55,188 nucleotides of DNA, from positions 1-55,188 of the forward strand of contig JBHHUB010000003.1 in the NCBI GenBank assembly GCA_046753625.1. The letters run 5' to 3'. The notes below the pieces were generated by a model that was not told where the DNA came from, did no database searches, and worked only from the letters and a program-made list of their open reading frames with translations. Both the position numbers and the translations under genes were made by a program. Source of the stretch: Phycisphaerae bacterium (GTDB lineage: Bacteria > Planctomycetota > Phycisphaerae > UBA1845). Below, in pieces: positions 29,422 through 39,176 of this stretch (its first letter is position 1; every line of letters starts with the position of its first letter).

Positions 29422-29450
29422 TTGCCCCTTGATGGGTGCGGGTCTATAAT
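29422..29450 (+). promoter_or_regulatory. Sigma70 promoter predicting a leaderless mRNA for the J-domain gene
   Basis: TTGCCC-17 nt-TATAAT, then 6 nt, then ATG at 29457; no Shine-Dalgarno. Confidence 0.65.
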
Positions 29451-29456
29451 GGCACT

Positions 29457-30428
29457 ATGGGAGAATCGCGAGATTACTACGAAATACTCGGAGTGCCGCG
29501 GACCGCGAGCGCGGAAGAACTCAAGAAGGCCTACAAACGCAAGGCCAAGAGGTATCATCCCGATCGCAATCCCGACAATCCTCAGGCCGATGCGAAATTC
29601 AAAGAAGTCCAGCAGGCTTACGATGTGTTGAAGGATGCGGAGAAGCGGGCCCAGTACGATCAATTCGGCCAGGCCGGCGTGGGCCGCGTCCAAACGCGCA
29701 CCGGCGGTCAGCGGGTCTATGAGTGGGGCGGCGGTTCGAGCGTAAACGTGGACGATCTGGAGGACTTGATGTCTGCGTTTGGCGGTGGAGGAGGGGCCAG
29801 CATCTTCGAGGAATTGTTCGGAAGCGGGGCACGCGGCAGGCGACGCCGCGCCCACCCAGAGCGCGGCCACGACGAGGAGCATCGAATCCGACTGACTTTT
29901 GATCAGGCGGTGCATGGCACGACGGTGTCGCTTACGCTCCACTCGGCGCAAAACGGGCAGGGCGAGGCGCTGGAGGTCAAGATCCCCGCCGGCGTCGACA
30001 ATGGGCAGAAGATACGCCTTAAGGGCAAAGGCGGGCGAGGCGCCGGTGGTGGTTCGCCCGGAGACATTATCCTGGTTTGCAACGTTCAGGCGCACCCCTA
30101 TTTCACAAGAGACGGAGCGAACATCCTGCTCGAAGTGCCCGTCTCCGTGACCGAAGCGGCCCTTGGGGCGGCGATCGACGTCCCCACGATCACGGGACGC
30201 GCTACCGTGAAACTCCCGCCGGGAACCCCGAGCGGTTCGAAGCTGCGTTTGGCCGGCAAGGGGTTGCCCGCCAAGCGCGGCCGCAAAAAAGGCGATCAGC
30301 TCATCGTCATCAAGATTTGTCCACCGCGCCGACTGACCAAGACCCAACGGGCGTTGTGGGAGAAGCTGCGGGATGTGGATCAGGAGAATCCGAGGAAGTC
30401 CTGTGCCTGGTACGGGGGGGGGCGGTGA
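29457..30428 (+). CDS. Class B J-domain chaperone (CbpA/DnaJ-like, no Zn finger)
   Basis: [16 protein letters not shown]-rich region, VKIPAGV, LRLAGKG; no CxxCxGxG repeats. Confidence 0.93.
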   Translation: MGESRDYYEILGVPRTASAEELKKAYKRKAKRYHPDRNPDNPQADAKFKEVQQAYDVLKDAEKRAQYDQFGQAGVGRVQTRTGGQRVYEWGGGSSVNVDDLEDLMSAFGGGGGASIFEELFGSGARGRRRRAHPERGHDEEHRIRLTFDQAVHGTTVSLTLHSAQNGQGEALEVKIPAGVDNGQKIRLKGKGGRGAGGGSPGDIILVCNVQAHPYFTRDGANILLEVPVSVTEAALGAAIDVPTITGRATVKLPPGTPSGSKLRLAGKGLPAKRGRKKGDQLIVIKICPPRRLTKTQRALWEKLRDVDQENPRKSCAWYGGGR

Positions 30429-30829
30429 TGGCCGCCGACTCGCTGGGAAGTGATCAGCGCCGAATTCGGCGAGGCATTCTGGTGCTGGTGGGTGGCGTGC
30501 TGCTGGTCCTGTGGGCTTGGGGCAGTTGGATCTACCGCTCCTCGGCGGAAGCGGAGGCGCTGGCGGCCACGAATGCCGGTGCCCGAGACTCGGTGAATCC
30601 CACCGATCTGGGCCAGCCTGTTTCCGCGCTGGGCACGTTGCTGGTTTACGTCTTGATTCTGGTTGCGGTTGTCCTGATCGGCTCCCTCGTGCTGGGCCGC
30701 AGCATCCGCCGGTATTTCGGACACACACGCAGGACTCGATCTGGACAGACTCCGGCCGGCGACATCTGGTCACAGCACCACCTTTCCGAAGATGGATATC
30801 ATGCATCAGACCCTCAAGAGCGGGAGTAG
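30428..30829 (+). CDS. Small two-TM hypothetical protein
   Basis: TGATG overlap with the J-domain gene; two hydrophobic helices. Confidence 0.7.
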   Translation: MAADSLGSDQRRIRRGILVLVGGVLLVLWAWGSWIYRSSAEAEALAATNAGARDSVNPTDLGQPVSALGTLLVYVLILVAVVLIGSLVLGRSIRRYFGHTRRTRSGQTPAGDIWSQHHLSEDGYHASDPQERE

Positions 30830-30989
30830 TCATCCGACACGCTTGTTTTGACGAATTCGCAGAGTCATGTAGGCCGGCCGCCCTCGCCGGGGCGGGTGCC
30901 CGGACGCCGCGGAGCGCCACTGTGCCGCACGGGCTGTCCCATCTGAACCGGGCGACTTGAAGGCGCCGCGCCAGGGAGTTTGGGCCAAC

Positions 30990-31733
30990 ATGCATCTTAA
31001 CGACACGGTGGCCCTTGTGACGGGAGGAGCGCGACGTGTTGGGCGTGCGATTGCACTGGAGTTGGCCCGCGCGGGCTGCAACGTAGCGGTCCATTGCCGG
31101 AATTCCAGGGATCACGCTGAGGCCTTGGCGGCGGATGTGGCACGGCTGGGTCGTCGGGCCGTCATCATCGAGGGTGATCTGTCCGACGCACAGACCTGGC
31201 ATGCCATCGTGCAAGCAGCGGTGAAACCGTGGGGCCGGCTTGACATTCTGGTCAACAACGCGGCCCTGTTCCTCCACGGCAAGTCCGATAATCTGACCGG
31301 CTTCGACCCGGCGAGTTGGGAGCGGATGCTTCGAATCAATCTTCTGGCGCCGATGGGCCTCGCCCATCACGCCGCCCCTCATCTTCGCGCCTCGGGCAGC
31401 GGACGAATCATCAATCTGCTGGACATCGCCGTGGATCGGCCCTGGACCGATCATTTATCCTACGTCGCCTCCAAGGCCGGCCTTGCCGCCATGACTCAAT
31501 CCTTGGCGAGGCTGCTGGCCCCTGACGTGTGTGTCAATGGCGTCGCCCCTGGCGTGGCCGTCTTTCCGGAATCCTACGGGGAGTCGCTGAAGCAGAGAAT
31601 CCTCGACAAAATACCGCTGGATCGCCCTGGTAGCCCGGATGAGGTCGCGCGGGTTGTCCGGTTTCTTGTCCAATCCGCTGATTACATCACCGGAGAAATC
31701 ATCCGCGTGGACGGGGGACGGCACTTGGTCTAG
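30990..31733 (+). CDS. SDR oxidoreductase, pteridine reductase/FolM-like
   Basis: TGGARRVG, LVNNAA, YVASK, VNGVAPG, VDGGRHL. Confidence 0.9.
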   Translation: MHLNDTVALVTGGARRVGRAIALELARAGCNVAVHCRNSRDHAEALAADVARLGRRAVIIEGDLSDAQTWHAIVQAAVKPWGRLDILVNNAALFLHGKSDNLTGFDPASWERMLRINLLAPMGLAHHAAPHLRASGSGRIINLLDIAVDRPWTDHLSYVASKAGLAAMTQSLARLLAPDVCVNGVAPGVAVFPESYGESLKQRILDKIPLDRPGSPDEVARVVRFLVQSADYITGEIIRVDGGRHLV

Positions 31734-31775
31734 GGTCGAAGGTCGAACGTCGAAGATCTGAGGTCCAAGGTCGAG
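31734..31775 (+). repeat. Six degenerate tandem heptamers (GGTCGAA)
   Basis: ggtcgaa ggtcgaa cgtcgaa gatctga ggtccaa ggtcgag, directly after the stop codon. Confidence 0.75.
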
Positions 31776-31888
31776 CGCGGCTTGGGGTGGCGCTCGCCGG
31801 AATCTCCGTCTGACTGATCGTTATTGCCTTTTTCTGGGCGCAGCGGCACTTGGTTCAGGCCGACGATCCGGCGCTATGGGGTCGCGAC

Positions 31889-31916
31889 TTGAAGCCGCCT
31901 TCATTGAAACTACAAT
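31889..31916 (+). promoter_or_regulatory. Possible sigma70 promoter of the pilT operon
   Basis: TTGAAG-16 nt-TACAAT. Confidence 0.45.
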
Positions 31917-32057
31917 AAGGTGCTCGGCGGTTCTGATGTCGGCGAGCGGGACCGTCCTGTTTCGAGTGGGGAGGCGGCCCGGCCTGGGAAGCGTCGGATG
32001 CCGCCGCTAGCTGAAGAAATGGAATCGAATCCCGCCTGAGGGGAGGACCGACCGACT

Positions 32058-33218
32058 TTGTCAGATGGATCGCCACAGACCAACGATGCGGCGGAGGAAA
32101 GCAGCCCGGCGCCGACTGAATCTCGATCCAAGAAGATCGACAAGTACTTCCGCGCGATGAGCAAGCACACCGCGTCGGATTTGCATATGAAAGCGGATAC
32201 GCCCTGCAAGTTTCGGATGAAGGGCGCGATCCGGAACATCGACAATCAGCCGCTGACCCACGAACAGATCGAAGCGATGATGTTCGAGCTGCTGACTGAC
32301 AAGCAGATTGCGCGGTTTCGGCAGGTGGGTTCGCTGGACTTTGCCTACCAGCTCGGGGCCGGCGACCGATACCGGATCAACATTTTCCTGCAGCGTGGCA
32401 AGATGTCCGTGGCCGCCCGCCGCGTGCCTCGGGAAATCCTCTCCATCAAGGAGCTGCATCTTCCCGAAACGCTGGCGGATCTCACGCGGCTCCATCAGGG
32501 ATTGGTGCTTTTTGCCGGCATCACCGGTAGTGGCAAGAGCACGAGCATTGCGGCCCTTTTGGAGGAGATCAACCACGTCCGCCCTTGCCACATCGTCACC
32601 GTCGAGGATCCGATTGAGTTTCTCTACGACGACAAGAAGGCCTTCATCAATCAACGCGAAATCGGTCTGGACGTCGAGAGCTTCTCCGAAGCCCTTAAGT
32701 TCCTCATGCGGCAAGACCCCGATGTCATCTTGATTGGCGAGCTGCGTGACGAAGAGACCTTCGGGGCGGCCATCACGGCGGCGGAAACGGGGCACCTGGT
32801 CTTCGGGACGATTCATGCATCGAGTGCGTCCGCGACCATCGGACGTATTCTCGAGCTTTTCCCCGAAGAGGCCAGATCCATGGTTCGCACCTCGCTCGTG
32901 TTCAATCTTCAGGCGGTGGTGTGCCTGAAGCTCTTGCCGGGCCTCAAGCCGGAGGCGCCCCGGATTCCGGTGTGCGAGATCATGCGGTCCAACAGCTCGA
33001 TCAAGAAGTTGATTGCCGACGAGCGAGACAGCGAAATTGGCGCGGTCATTCGAAACTCGTATCATGAGGGAATGATAGACTTTACGGAGTCGCTCTGGCA
33101 GATGGTCGAGTCGGAAAACATCTCCGTCAAAACGGCCTATGCCGCGGCGCCCAACCCGGATGAACTCAAGATGCGTCTGAAAGGGATTTCCGTCACCAGC
33201 GGCGGAATCATCGGTTAA
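32058..33218 (+). CDS. pilT: PilT/PilU-family type IV pilus ATPase
   Basis: ASDLH, Walker A GITGSGKST, Asp box TVEDPIE, Walker B DVILIGELRD, His box TGHLVFGTIH. Confidence 0.93.
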   Translation: MSDGSPQTNDAAEESSPAPTESRSKKIDKYFRAMSKHTASDLHMKADTPCKFRMKGAIRNIDNQPLTHEQIEAMMFELLTDKQIARFRQVGSLDFAYQLGAGDRYRINIFLQRGKMSVAARRVPREILSIKELHLPETLADLTRLHQGLVLFAGITGSGKSTSIAALLEEINHVRPCHIVTVEDPIEFLYDDKKAFINQREIGLDVESFSEALKFLMRQDPDVILIGELRDEETFGAAITAAETGHLVFGTIHASSASATIGRILELFPEEARSMVRTSLVFNLQAVVCLKLLPGLKPEAPRIPVCEIMRSNSSIKKLIADERDSEIGAVIRNSYHEGMIDFTESLWQMVESENISVKTAYAAAPNPDELKMRLKGISVTSGGIIG

Positions 33219-33276
33219 GCCCGACCGGACAATGACGCCGGTCCGTTCTAGTTGATGCGGTTGATCGTCGACGCTT

Positions 33277-34956
33277 ATGGATTCAGTACTCCTGCTGCCC
33301 ATGCTGGCCTACATTCCCGATGGAAGCGGCTACATCAGCCTGCCCAAAGTTGGGATCGTGGTCGTGCTCCTTTTCCTCTGGGCGCTCGCCGCGCAGTGGG
33401 TCGACCGAGATACCAACGTCGTAAAGACCAAGCGCGAACACTGGAACATGATTGTTCTGGTCGGCGGCTTCGTGGGGTTCTTCGTGCTCTTCACGGTTCC
33501 CTGGCCGGGCGTGCTGTTTGGCGTTGGGATCGCGTTTTGGGCCATTCTGGCCGGGGGCGCCCTGGTCCTCTATGTGCTGCATCGCAATGGGCGGGTGGTG
33601 CCGTCGGCGCGCATTTTGACCATCGACCACGCCAAACGGGCGATCAACGCCCTGATGGGGGACCGTAAGAAATCGGTCGACAAAGGCATGAGGGTCAGCA
33701 TCGAGGACCACGAAGGCAAATTCATCGAACGCCCCGATGACCCCGAGCGACTGCATGAGTATGAGGCCGTCCAGGATTTCCTGTACGAGATTCTCTGGCG
33801 GCGGGCCACCGACGTGGACATGCTCGCCGGCAAGCAGAAATATCGTTTGGTGTACAACATTGATGGGGTCGCCATCGAGCAGGAAGACGGATTGGAGTTG
33901 GAGACCGGGGAACGCGTGTTCCGCTTTTTGAAGCGGGCGGCCGGATTGGACGTTGAGGAGCTGCGTCGTCCGCAGAAAGGGCGGATTCTTGCTGCGTTGC
34001 TCAATCACAACGGCAATCCGGGCCATACCGAAGTGCACACTTCCGGCACGACCGCCGGCGAACGGATGCGGCTCAAGATTCAATCGGGTCCGGCCATCTT
34101 CCGCCTGCCCGACTTGGGCATAGCGCCGCCCCGATTGGAAGCCTTGCGTGAGTTGCTCGGCAAGTCGCGTGGCCTGCTGGTGATCAGCTCCACGCCGCAC
34201 AACGGTGCTTCCGCGACCCAATATGCCATCCTTAAGAGCCACGACGTGTACATGCACAACATTCACGCGCTGGAACGTCGTTCTATGATCGACCTGGACA
34301 ATATCACGCAGCAAATCTACGACGGTGCCAACACCGACGTCGATTACGCGCGCATGCTTCAGACGGTGCTCCGGCGTGAACCGGACATCGTTCTCGTTGC
34401 GGACTGTGATGATCGCGAAACCGTTCTCGTGGCCGCCAAAGCCGCCAGCGAGGACCGCAAGATATATCTGGGAATGCAGGCCAAGGATTGCTTCGATACC
34501 CTGGCTCGGTTGCTCAAGTACCTCGATGATCCCGAGTTGCTGAGTCGAAGCCTGATAGGCATCCTCAATCAACGGCTCGTCCGAAAGCTCTGCGAGGAAT
34601 GTCGCGAAGCCTACAAGCCCGATGAGAAAACGCTCAAAAAGCTCAACTTGCCGTCCGAGAAGATCGAGCGCTTCTACCGTCCGCCAAGTGAACAGCGCGT
34701 CGACAAGAAGGGCCGGGAAATCGTCTGTTCCGCTTGCCAGGGGACAGGCTACATCGGACGCATCGGCGTCTTTGAGCTGCTCATTGTAGATGAGCTGATC
34801 GCCAAGATGATCGCACACGGTTCGCCGCTCAAGGCGATCAAGGCCCAGGCCAGAAAGAACAAGATGTACTACCTGCAAGAGGAAGGCCTGCTCAAGGTGA
34901 TCGACGGGACCACCAGTATGAATGAGGTGCTTCGGGTGCTGCGTACCACGGAATAG
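33277..34956 (+). CDS. PilB/GspE-like protein with N-terminal TM helices and degenerate ATPase motifs
   Basis: QRLVRKLCEEC...CSACQGTGYIGRIGVFELL and GTTSMNEVLRV are intact; Walker A reads STPHNGASAT. Confidence 0.85.
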   Translation: MDSVLLLPMLAYIPDGSGYISLPKVGIVVVLLFLWALAAQWVDRDTNVVKTKREHWNMIVLVGGFVGFFVLFTVPWPGVLFGVGIAFWAILAGGALVLYVLHRNGRVVPSARILTIDHAKRAINALMGDRKKSVDKGMRVSIEDHEGKFIERPDDPERLHEYEAVQDFLYEILWRRATDVDMLAGKQKYRLVYNIDGVAIEQEDGLELETGERVFRFLKRAAGLDVEELRRPQKGRILAALLNHNGNPGHTEVHTSGTTAGERMRLKIQSGPAIFRLPDLGIAPPRLEALRELLGKSRGLLVISSTPHNGASATQYAILKSHDVYMHNIHALERRSMIDLDNITQQIYDGANTDVDYARMLQTVLRREPDIVLVADCDDRETVLVAAKAASEDRKIYLGMQAKDCFDTLARLLKYLDDPELLSRSLIGILNQRLVRKLCEECREAYKPDEKTLKKLNLPSEKIERFYRPPSEQRVDKKGREIVCSACQGTGYIGRIGVFELLIVDELIAKMIAHGSPLKAIKAQARKNKMYYLQEEGLLKVIDGTTSMNEVLRVLRTTE

Positions 34957-34977
34957 CCTGTAGGGGATCGTACCATT

Positions 34978-36819
34978 ATGCTGTTCGCGCTCTCGCTTTT
35001 TATCCTGCTGGCTTCGATTGCCTTGTTTCAGTCGACGCACGGGTTCTTCAGCGCGCTGATCATGATGGTGTTGGCCATCTGCTGTGCTGCGACCGCCGTT
35101 GGAACCTACGAATGGGTGGCTGTGACCTGGATCGCGCCCATGTGGAAGCCCGGCTATGCGGCCCCCATTGCGCTGGCCGGCGTCTTCGCGATCCCCTTGG
35201 GCATCCTGCGTCTCGCCGCGGACAATGTTGTGCCCCGCGCCCCCCTGCTGCCCAGTTGGATAGACCGCCTGGGCGGAGGTGCCTGCGGATTCATCACCGC
35301 GATGATCATGACCGGAATCCTGGCGACCAGCCTGCAGATGATCCCGTTTAACAACGGCTCTATCTTCGGATACGCCCGCGTACCCATTCACCCTACGACC
35401 AAAGCCGAGGACGGCCCCGACCCGAAACCGCCGGAGCCGAATGCCCCGGAATCGGAGCTCTGGCTCAAGCCGGATCGCTTTGCCGTCGCGCTGGCCGGCT
35501 ACATGTCGCACGGCTTGTTCAGCGACCGCCGCGACTTCCTGGCGGACAATCCGGATTTGATCCAGGCGGCCGGGTGGGGCAACGCGGCCCCGGCCATCGC
35601 CGCACGCTACGCGCCGCCGGGTTCGATCGCCGTCGTCCGGACGGAGCCCGTTCGGTTGGTCTATCGCTTCGTGCCGGCGTCCGGGCGGGACGGCTCGCCG
35701 ACCTATGAGCCGCTTCCTCCTCGGGACGGATATGGGCTCCAGATGGTTCGGGTCCAACTCAAACGCGAAGCCCGGCTCGATGCCAAGTCGCACATTTTCA
35801 CGCTGCGTCAATTCCGCCTGGTGGGCATGAGGCACGGGTCCGACCATCTTGAGCAGTATTACCCGATCGCCATTCAGCAGGAAGAACCAACGACGCCCAA
35901 CCGGCACATCAAGATACGCAAATTCGGCCGGTATGGTGATTGGCCGGTTACGGAGTTTCCCTACAGGCCGCGCACCGGCAACAACGCTGAGGTGGAGGTT
36001 GTGTTCGAGCTCCCTGAAGCGTTTCGACCCGAGTACATAGAATACAAACGAGCGGCGCGAGCCCGTCTTTCCTTCGATAGCGATGGCGGCGGTACCTCCG
36101 ATGGGAACGCTTCCACAACGAGGAAGCCGACCCGTGCGGATTCATCGGGGGGGGCAGGCGGCAGTGCGGCAGCCACGCAAACTGCTTCATCCAAGTCTTC
36201 GACGGCCACCGGACGGAAGCGGCGTTCGCGTCGGGGCGGCAACATCCGCGGAGTGGCTGCCCGATCGACGGGTTCCCATTTTGGCGACGCGATGCCGGTT
36301 ACCCTCAAGAAGTATACGCGGCACCCGAGCACGGAGATCACGTCCGGCGCGTTGGTGGGCGGCCACTTGATTGCCTACGTGGATCAGCAAGAGGGTGGTA
36401 CTGATCCCGAGGTGGCTCGGTTCAAGGTTCCCGATGACAAGCGGCTGTTGCACCTGAACACCGAGCAGCTCCAAAGCGGCAGCGGCCTTGGGAAAATTAT
36501 CTCCCAAACGGTGCAGACGCTTCAAAACTATTTCGTTACCGACGCCAAGGGCAATCGGTACAAGGTTGTGGGCAAGTACGCCCTGGCCGACGTCGACGGT
36601 CGGCGCGTTTGGGAGATTCAGTACTTCAGCAATCCGACAGGTTCCATCGGTGGATTGGGTAAGTTCGACAAGATTAAGTCCCGCCACATCACCGGCGACT
36701 ATCGATTCTCGTTGTTGTTTCTGGTCGACCCCGGGGCGCGCATCGTTTCATTCAGCACCGGTGGCTCCGCCACGCGCCAGGAAGACCTGGACACCGAAAA
36801 CCTCGTCGCGCCCAAGTAG
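34978..36819 (+). CDS. CvpA-like membrane N-terminus with a large soluble extension
   Basis: GFFSALIM and IDRLGGGACGFITAMI, about 4 TM helices, then roughly 490 aa hydrophilic. Confidence 0.65.
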   Translation: MLFALSLFILLASIALFQSTHGFFSALIMMVLAICCAATAVGTYEWVAVTWIAPMWKPGYAAPIALAGVFAIPLGILRLAADNVVPRAPLLPSWIDRLGGGACGFITAMIMTGILATSLQMIPFNNGSIFGYARVPIHPTTKAEDGPDPKPPEPNAPESELWLKPDRFAVALAGYMSHGLFSDRRDFLADNPDLIQAAGWGNAAPAIAARYAPPGSIAVVRTEPVRLVYRFVPASGRDGSPTYEPLPPRDGYGLQMVRVQLKREARLDAKSHIFTLRQFRLVGMRHGSDHLEQYYPIAIQQEEPTTPNRHIKIRKFGRYGDWPVTEFPYRPRTGNNAEVEVVFELPEAFRPEYIEYKRAARARLSFDSDGGGTSDGNASTTRKPTRADSSGGAGGSAAATQTASSKSSTATGRKRRSRRGGNIRGVAARSTGSHFGDAMPVTLKKYTRHPSTEITSGALVGGHLIAYVDQQEGGTDPEVARFKVPDDKRLLHLNTEQLQSGSGLGKIISQTVQTLQNYFVTDAKGNRYKVVGKYALADVDGRRVWEIQYFSNPTGSIGGLGKFDKIKSRHITGDYRFSLLFLVDPGARIVSFSTGGSATRQEDLDTENLVAPK

Positions 36820-36976
36820 CTTGGCGGTGCTGTGTGTCCGCCGGCCGTCTCGCCTGCCCGTTCGTAACTGTCTACCTTTTAAGTGTTTATGGTGTGTTTG
36901 TTCGTCGCGCACCGTGACGCCGGGTCTCCCGCGGTAAGCTTACGGGCCCGCCAAGCTCCATCTGCCCGATCCGTAC

Positions 36977-37028
36977 TTGACAAGGGCTATCTTTATGATA
37001 TAATAACAATAGCATAAAGATAAAGGAG
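36977..37028 (+). promoter_or_regulatory. Consensus sigma70 promoter with overlapping inverted-repeat operator and RBS
   Basis: TTGACA-16 nt-(TGn)TATAAT; TATCTTTATG (36988-36997) / CATAAAGATA (37013-37022); AAGGAG. Confidence 0.85.
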
Positions 37029-37035
37029 ATCCGAA

Positions 37036-37911
37036 ATGACGACGACTGAGATTGATCGAAAGACATGGTCCGGCTGGCCGGTCCTGGGGGTGTTGCTCGT
37101 TTTGCTGGCGGGTCTGATCGCGTTTTGGATTTGGGCGGCGCGGAATCTTCCCGGGCCGCGCTGGTGCATCCCCGGCGGATTCGTGTCGCTTGTGTGGGTT
37201 TTCCTGTGGTTCGGGTTTTTCACGCTGCAGCCGAACATGGCGGCCGTGCTGGTGTTGTTCGGCAAGTATGTGGGTACGGAAAAGACCTCGGGGTTTCGAT
37301 GGGCGAATCCTCTGCTGTTGAAGAAAAAAGTGTCGCTTCGCGCGCACAACCTGAATGGCGAAAAGATCAAGGTTAATGATCTGCGGGGCAACCCGGTCGA
37401 GATCGCCGTGGTCGTGGTCTGGCGTGTGACGGACACGGCGCAGGCGACGTTTGACGTAGAGGATTACGAAGACTTCGTGCGAATACAGAGCGAATCGGCA
37501 CTCCGCCATTTGGCCATGGCCTATCCGTACGACACGTTCGAGGGGGATACACAATCGCTCCGTGGTAGCGTGGACGAGGTCTCCTCGGCCTTGCAGCGGG
37601 AAGTGCAGGAGCGCATCAACCGTGCCGGCGTATTGATCGAAGAGGCGAGAATCAGCCACCTGGCCTACGCGCCGGAGATCGCGGGTGCCATGCTGCAGCG
37701 CCAACAAGCCGAGGCGATTGTGGCCGCGCGAAGCCGGATCGTCGACGGGGCCGTGGGGATGGTGGAAATGGCATTGCACAAGCTCGATGAAAACGACGAG
37801 ATAAACTTGGACGAAGAGCGCAAGGCCAGCATGATCAGCAACCTGCTGGTCGTGTTGTGCGGCCATCAGGAAGTTCAGCCGGTGGTCAACACGGGGACGA
37901 TGTATCACTAG
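37036..37911 (+). CDS. SPFH/Band 7 domain membrane protein
   Basis: Two TM helices; [50 protein letters not shown]. Confidence 0.93.
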   Translation: MTTTEIDRKTWSGWPVLGVLLVLLAGLIAFWIWAARNLPGPRWCIPGGFVSLVWVFLWFGFFTLQPNMAAVLVLFGKYVGTEKTSGFRWANPLLLKKKVSLRAHNLNGEKIKVNDLRGNPVEIAVVVVWRVTDTAQATFDVEDYEDFVRIQSESALRHLAMAYPYDTFEGDTQSLRGSVDEVSSALQREVQERINRAGVLIEEARISHLAYAPEIAGAMLQRQQAEAIVAARSRIVDGAVGMVEMALHKLDENDEINLDEERKASMISNLLVVLCGHQEVQPVVNTGTMYH

Positions 37912-38051
37912 CAGCGTGTCAAGAAACGGGGTCTTTGGTGTGGTGCCGGCTTCCGGCCGGCGAGAACGGGCGCATCGTATGTCCAAGTGAGCCGGCGCCG
38001 GCAGCATCACCGGCAAGATGCCGGTGCCCCAATGCTTCAACAGGCTGCTGG
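37908..38051. mobile_element. MITE-like element with imperfect TIRs enclosing a REP doublet (family D)
   Basis: Ends agcagcgtgtcaag / ttcaacaggctgct; internal tggtgccggcttccggccggc and caccggcaagatgccggtgcccca in inverted orientation. Confidence 0.55.
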
Positions 38052-38096
38052 GACGGCTGCACAAACGGCGAGCATGCTCTGACCGAGGAGGCCTGG

Positions 38097-38267
38097 ATGG
38101 CTTCACGCAAATCGTTCCTATTGAGATTGCCGCCGGAACTCATGGATGAGCTCAACCGCTGGGCCAAGGATGAGCTGCGCAGTCTCAACGCACAAATCGA
38201 GTACCTGTTGCGCGAAGCCTTGCGCAAGCAGCGCCGAACGAAATCGGAGCCCCGGGAAGCGGAGTGA
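38097..38267 (+). CDS. Arc-like ribbon-helix-helix DNA-binding protein
   Basis: MASRKSFLLRLPPELMDELNRWAKDELRSLNAQIEYLLREAL; GAGGAG RBS. Confidence 0.9.
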   Translation: MASRKSFLLRLPPELMDELNRWAKDELRSLNAQIEYLLREALRKQRRTKSEPREAE

Positions 38268-38300
38268 GCATGTCGTGCGGCGCATACGGCGTCTCGGGCG

Positions 38301-39176
38301 TCAATCCGGCTTGTTCTCCGAGGCCGGGGCGTCGTTGGCTTTCTTGGTTTTCGACTCCTTGCTCTTGGGGGTGCGATCCGTGAAGGCTACGCCTTTGGGC
38401 ACCTTGAATTGGAAGTGGTTGGGACGAAACGTCGGGTTGATCCCCATTTCTTCCACGGCCAGCGTATTGAAGCGATGGTTTAGCCGGTCGTCAATATGGA
38501 ACCGGAGTACCACGCCGACGGCCTTATCCACATGATAGGTCACGACGGGGTTGCCCGATTGCGGGCGAGCCTCGAACACGTAGCAATCGTGCGTGCCGAG
38601 CTTCTCGTCCGGCATTAGCTGATAGATGTCAAAATTCTCGAGCTCGGTGAAGAACTGCTCCGCGCCCATGTGCGGAAGCCGGTTGAACTCCACCGCATCT
38701 TTGTAAACGTGTTCCTTAGAGCCGCGCTTTTGGTGGGTGTATACGGACGAACCGTCTGAGATCATCAGAGCCCAGTCGGAGGGGCCGCTCACATGCGTTT
38801 GCCCTGGAATGGGAACGGATTGGGTCCGGCGCTCGGCGCGCACATAGGCCACGCCATCCTTCTTGAGGTAATCATACGTTCCGCCGCCTTCCGTGCGCTC
38901 CAGTACATCGGCTCGCTCAAACTCTCCTTCCGTCGCAATGTGAAGCGTAATCGCGTGCACTTTCGCCCAGCTTCCGAGCAATTCCTTCTTGGCGGACTCG
39001 TAGCGGACGCGGTCTCCGGCGGGTTGGGTTCCCTCGGCCGACGCCGCGTCGTCATTTGGGGCATTCGACGGCGGCGGGGGGACAGCCCCTGGTTGACCGC
39101 AAAAAGCGCCTTCCGGCGCGCCGCACACGGCGACGAGACCGGCCCATATCGCCCATTGATACGTGAATGGTTTCAT
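38301..39176 (-). CDS. Exported LolA-fold-like protein
   Basis: Signal-like N-terminus; MISDGSSVY, DCYVFEARP, HVDKAVG, FQFKVPKGVAFTD. Confidence 0.65.
   Translation of the reverse strand: MKPFTYQWAIWAGLVAVCGAPEGAFCGQPGAVPPPPSNAPNDDAASAEGTQPAGDRVRYESAKKELLGSWAKVHAITLHIATEGEFERADVLERTEGGGTYDYLKKDGVAYVRAERRTQSVPIPGQTHVSGPSDWALMISDGSSVYTHQKRGSKEHVYKDAVEFNRLPHMGAEQFFTELENFDIYQLMPDEKLGTHDCYVFEARPQSGNPVVTYHVDKAVGVVLRFHIDDRLNHRFNTLAVEEMGINPTFRPNHFQFKVPKGVAFTDRTPKSKESKTKKANDAPASENKPD

Noticed and set aside
29367-31454. 695-aa - strand ORF
   Set aside because: Antisense to three well-supported genes; no recognisable motifs.
33283-35907. 874-aa - strand ORF
   Set aside because: Antisense shadow of the pseudo-PilB and CvpA-like genes.
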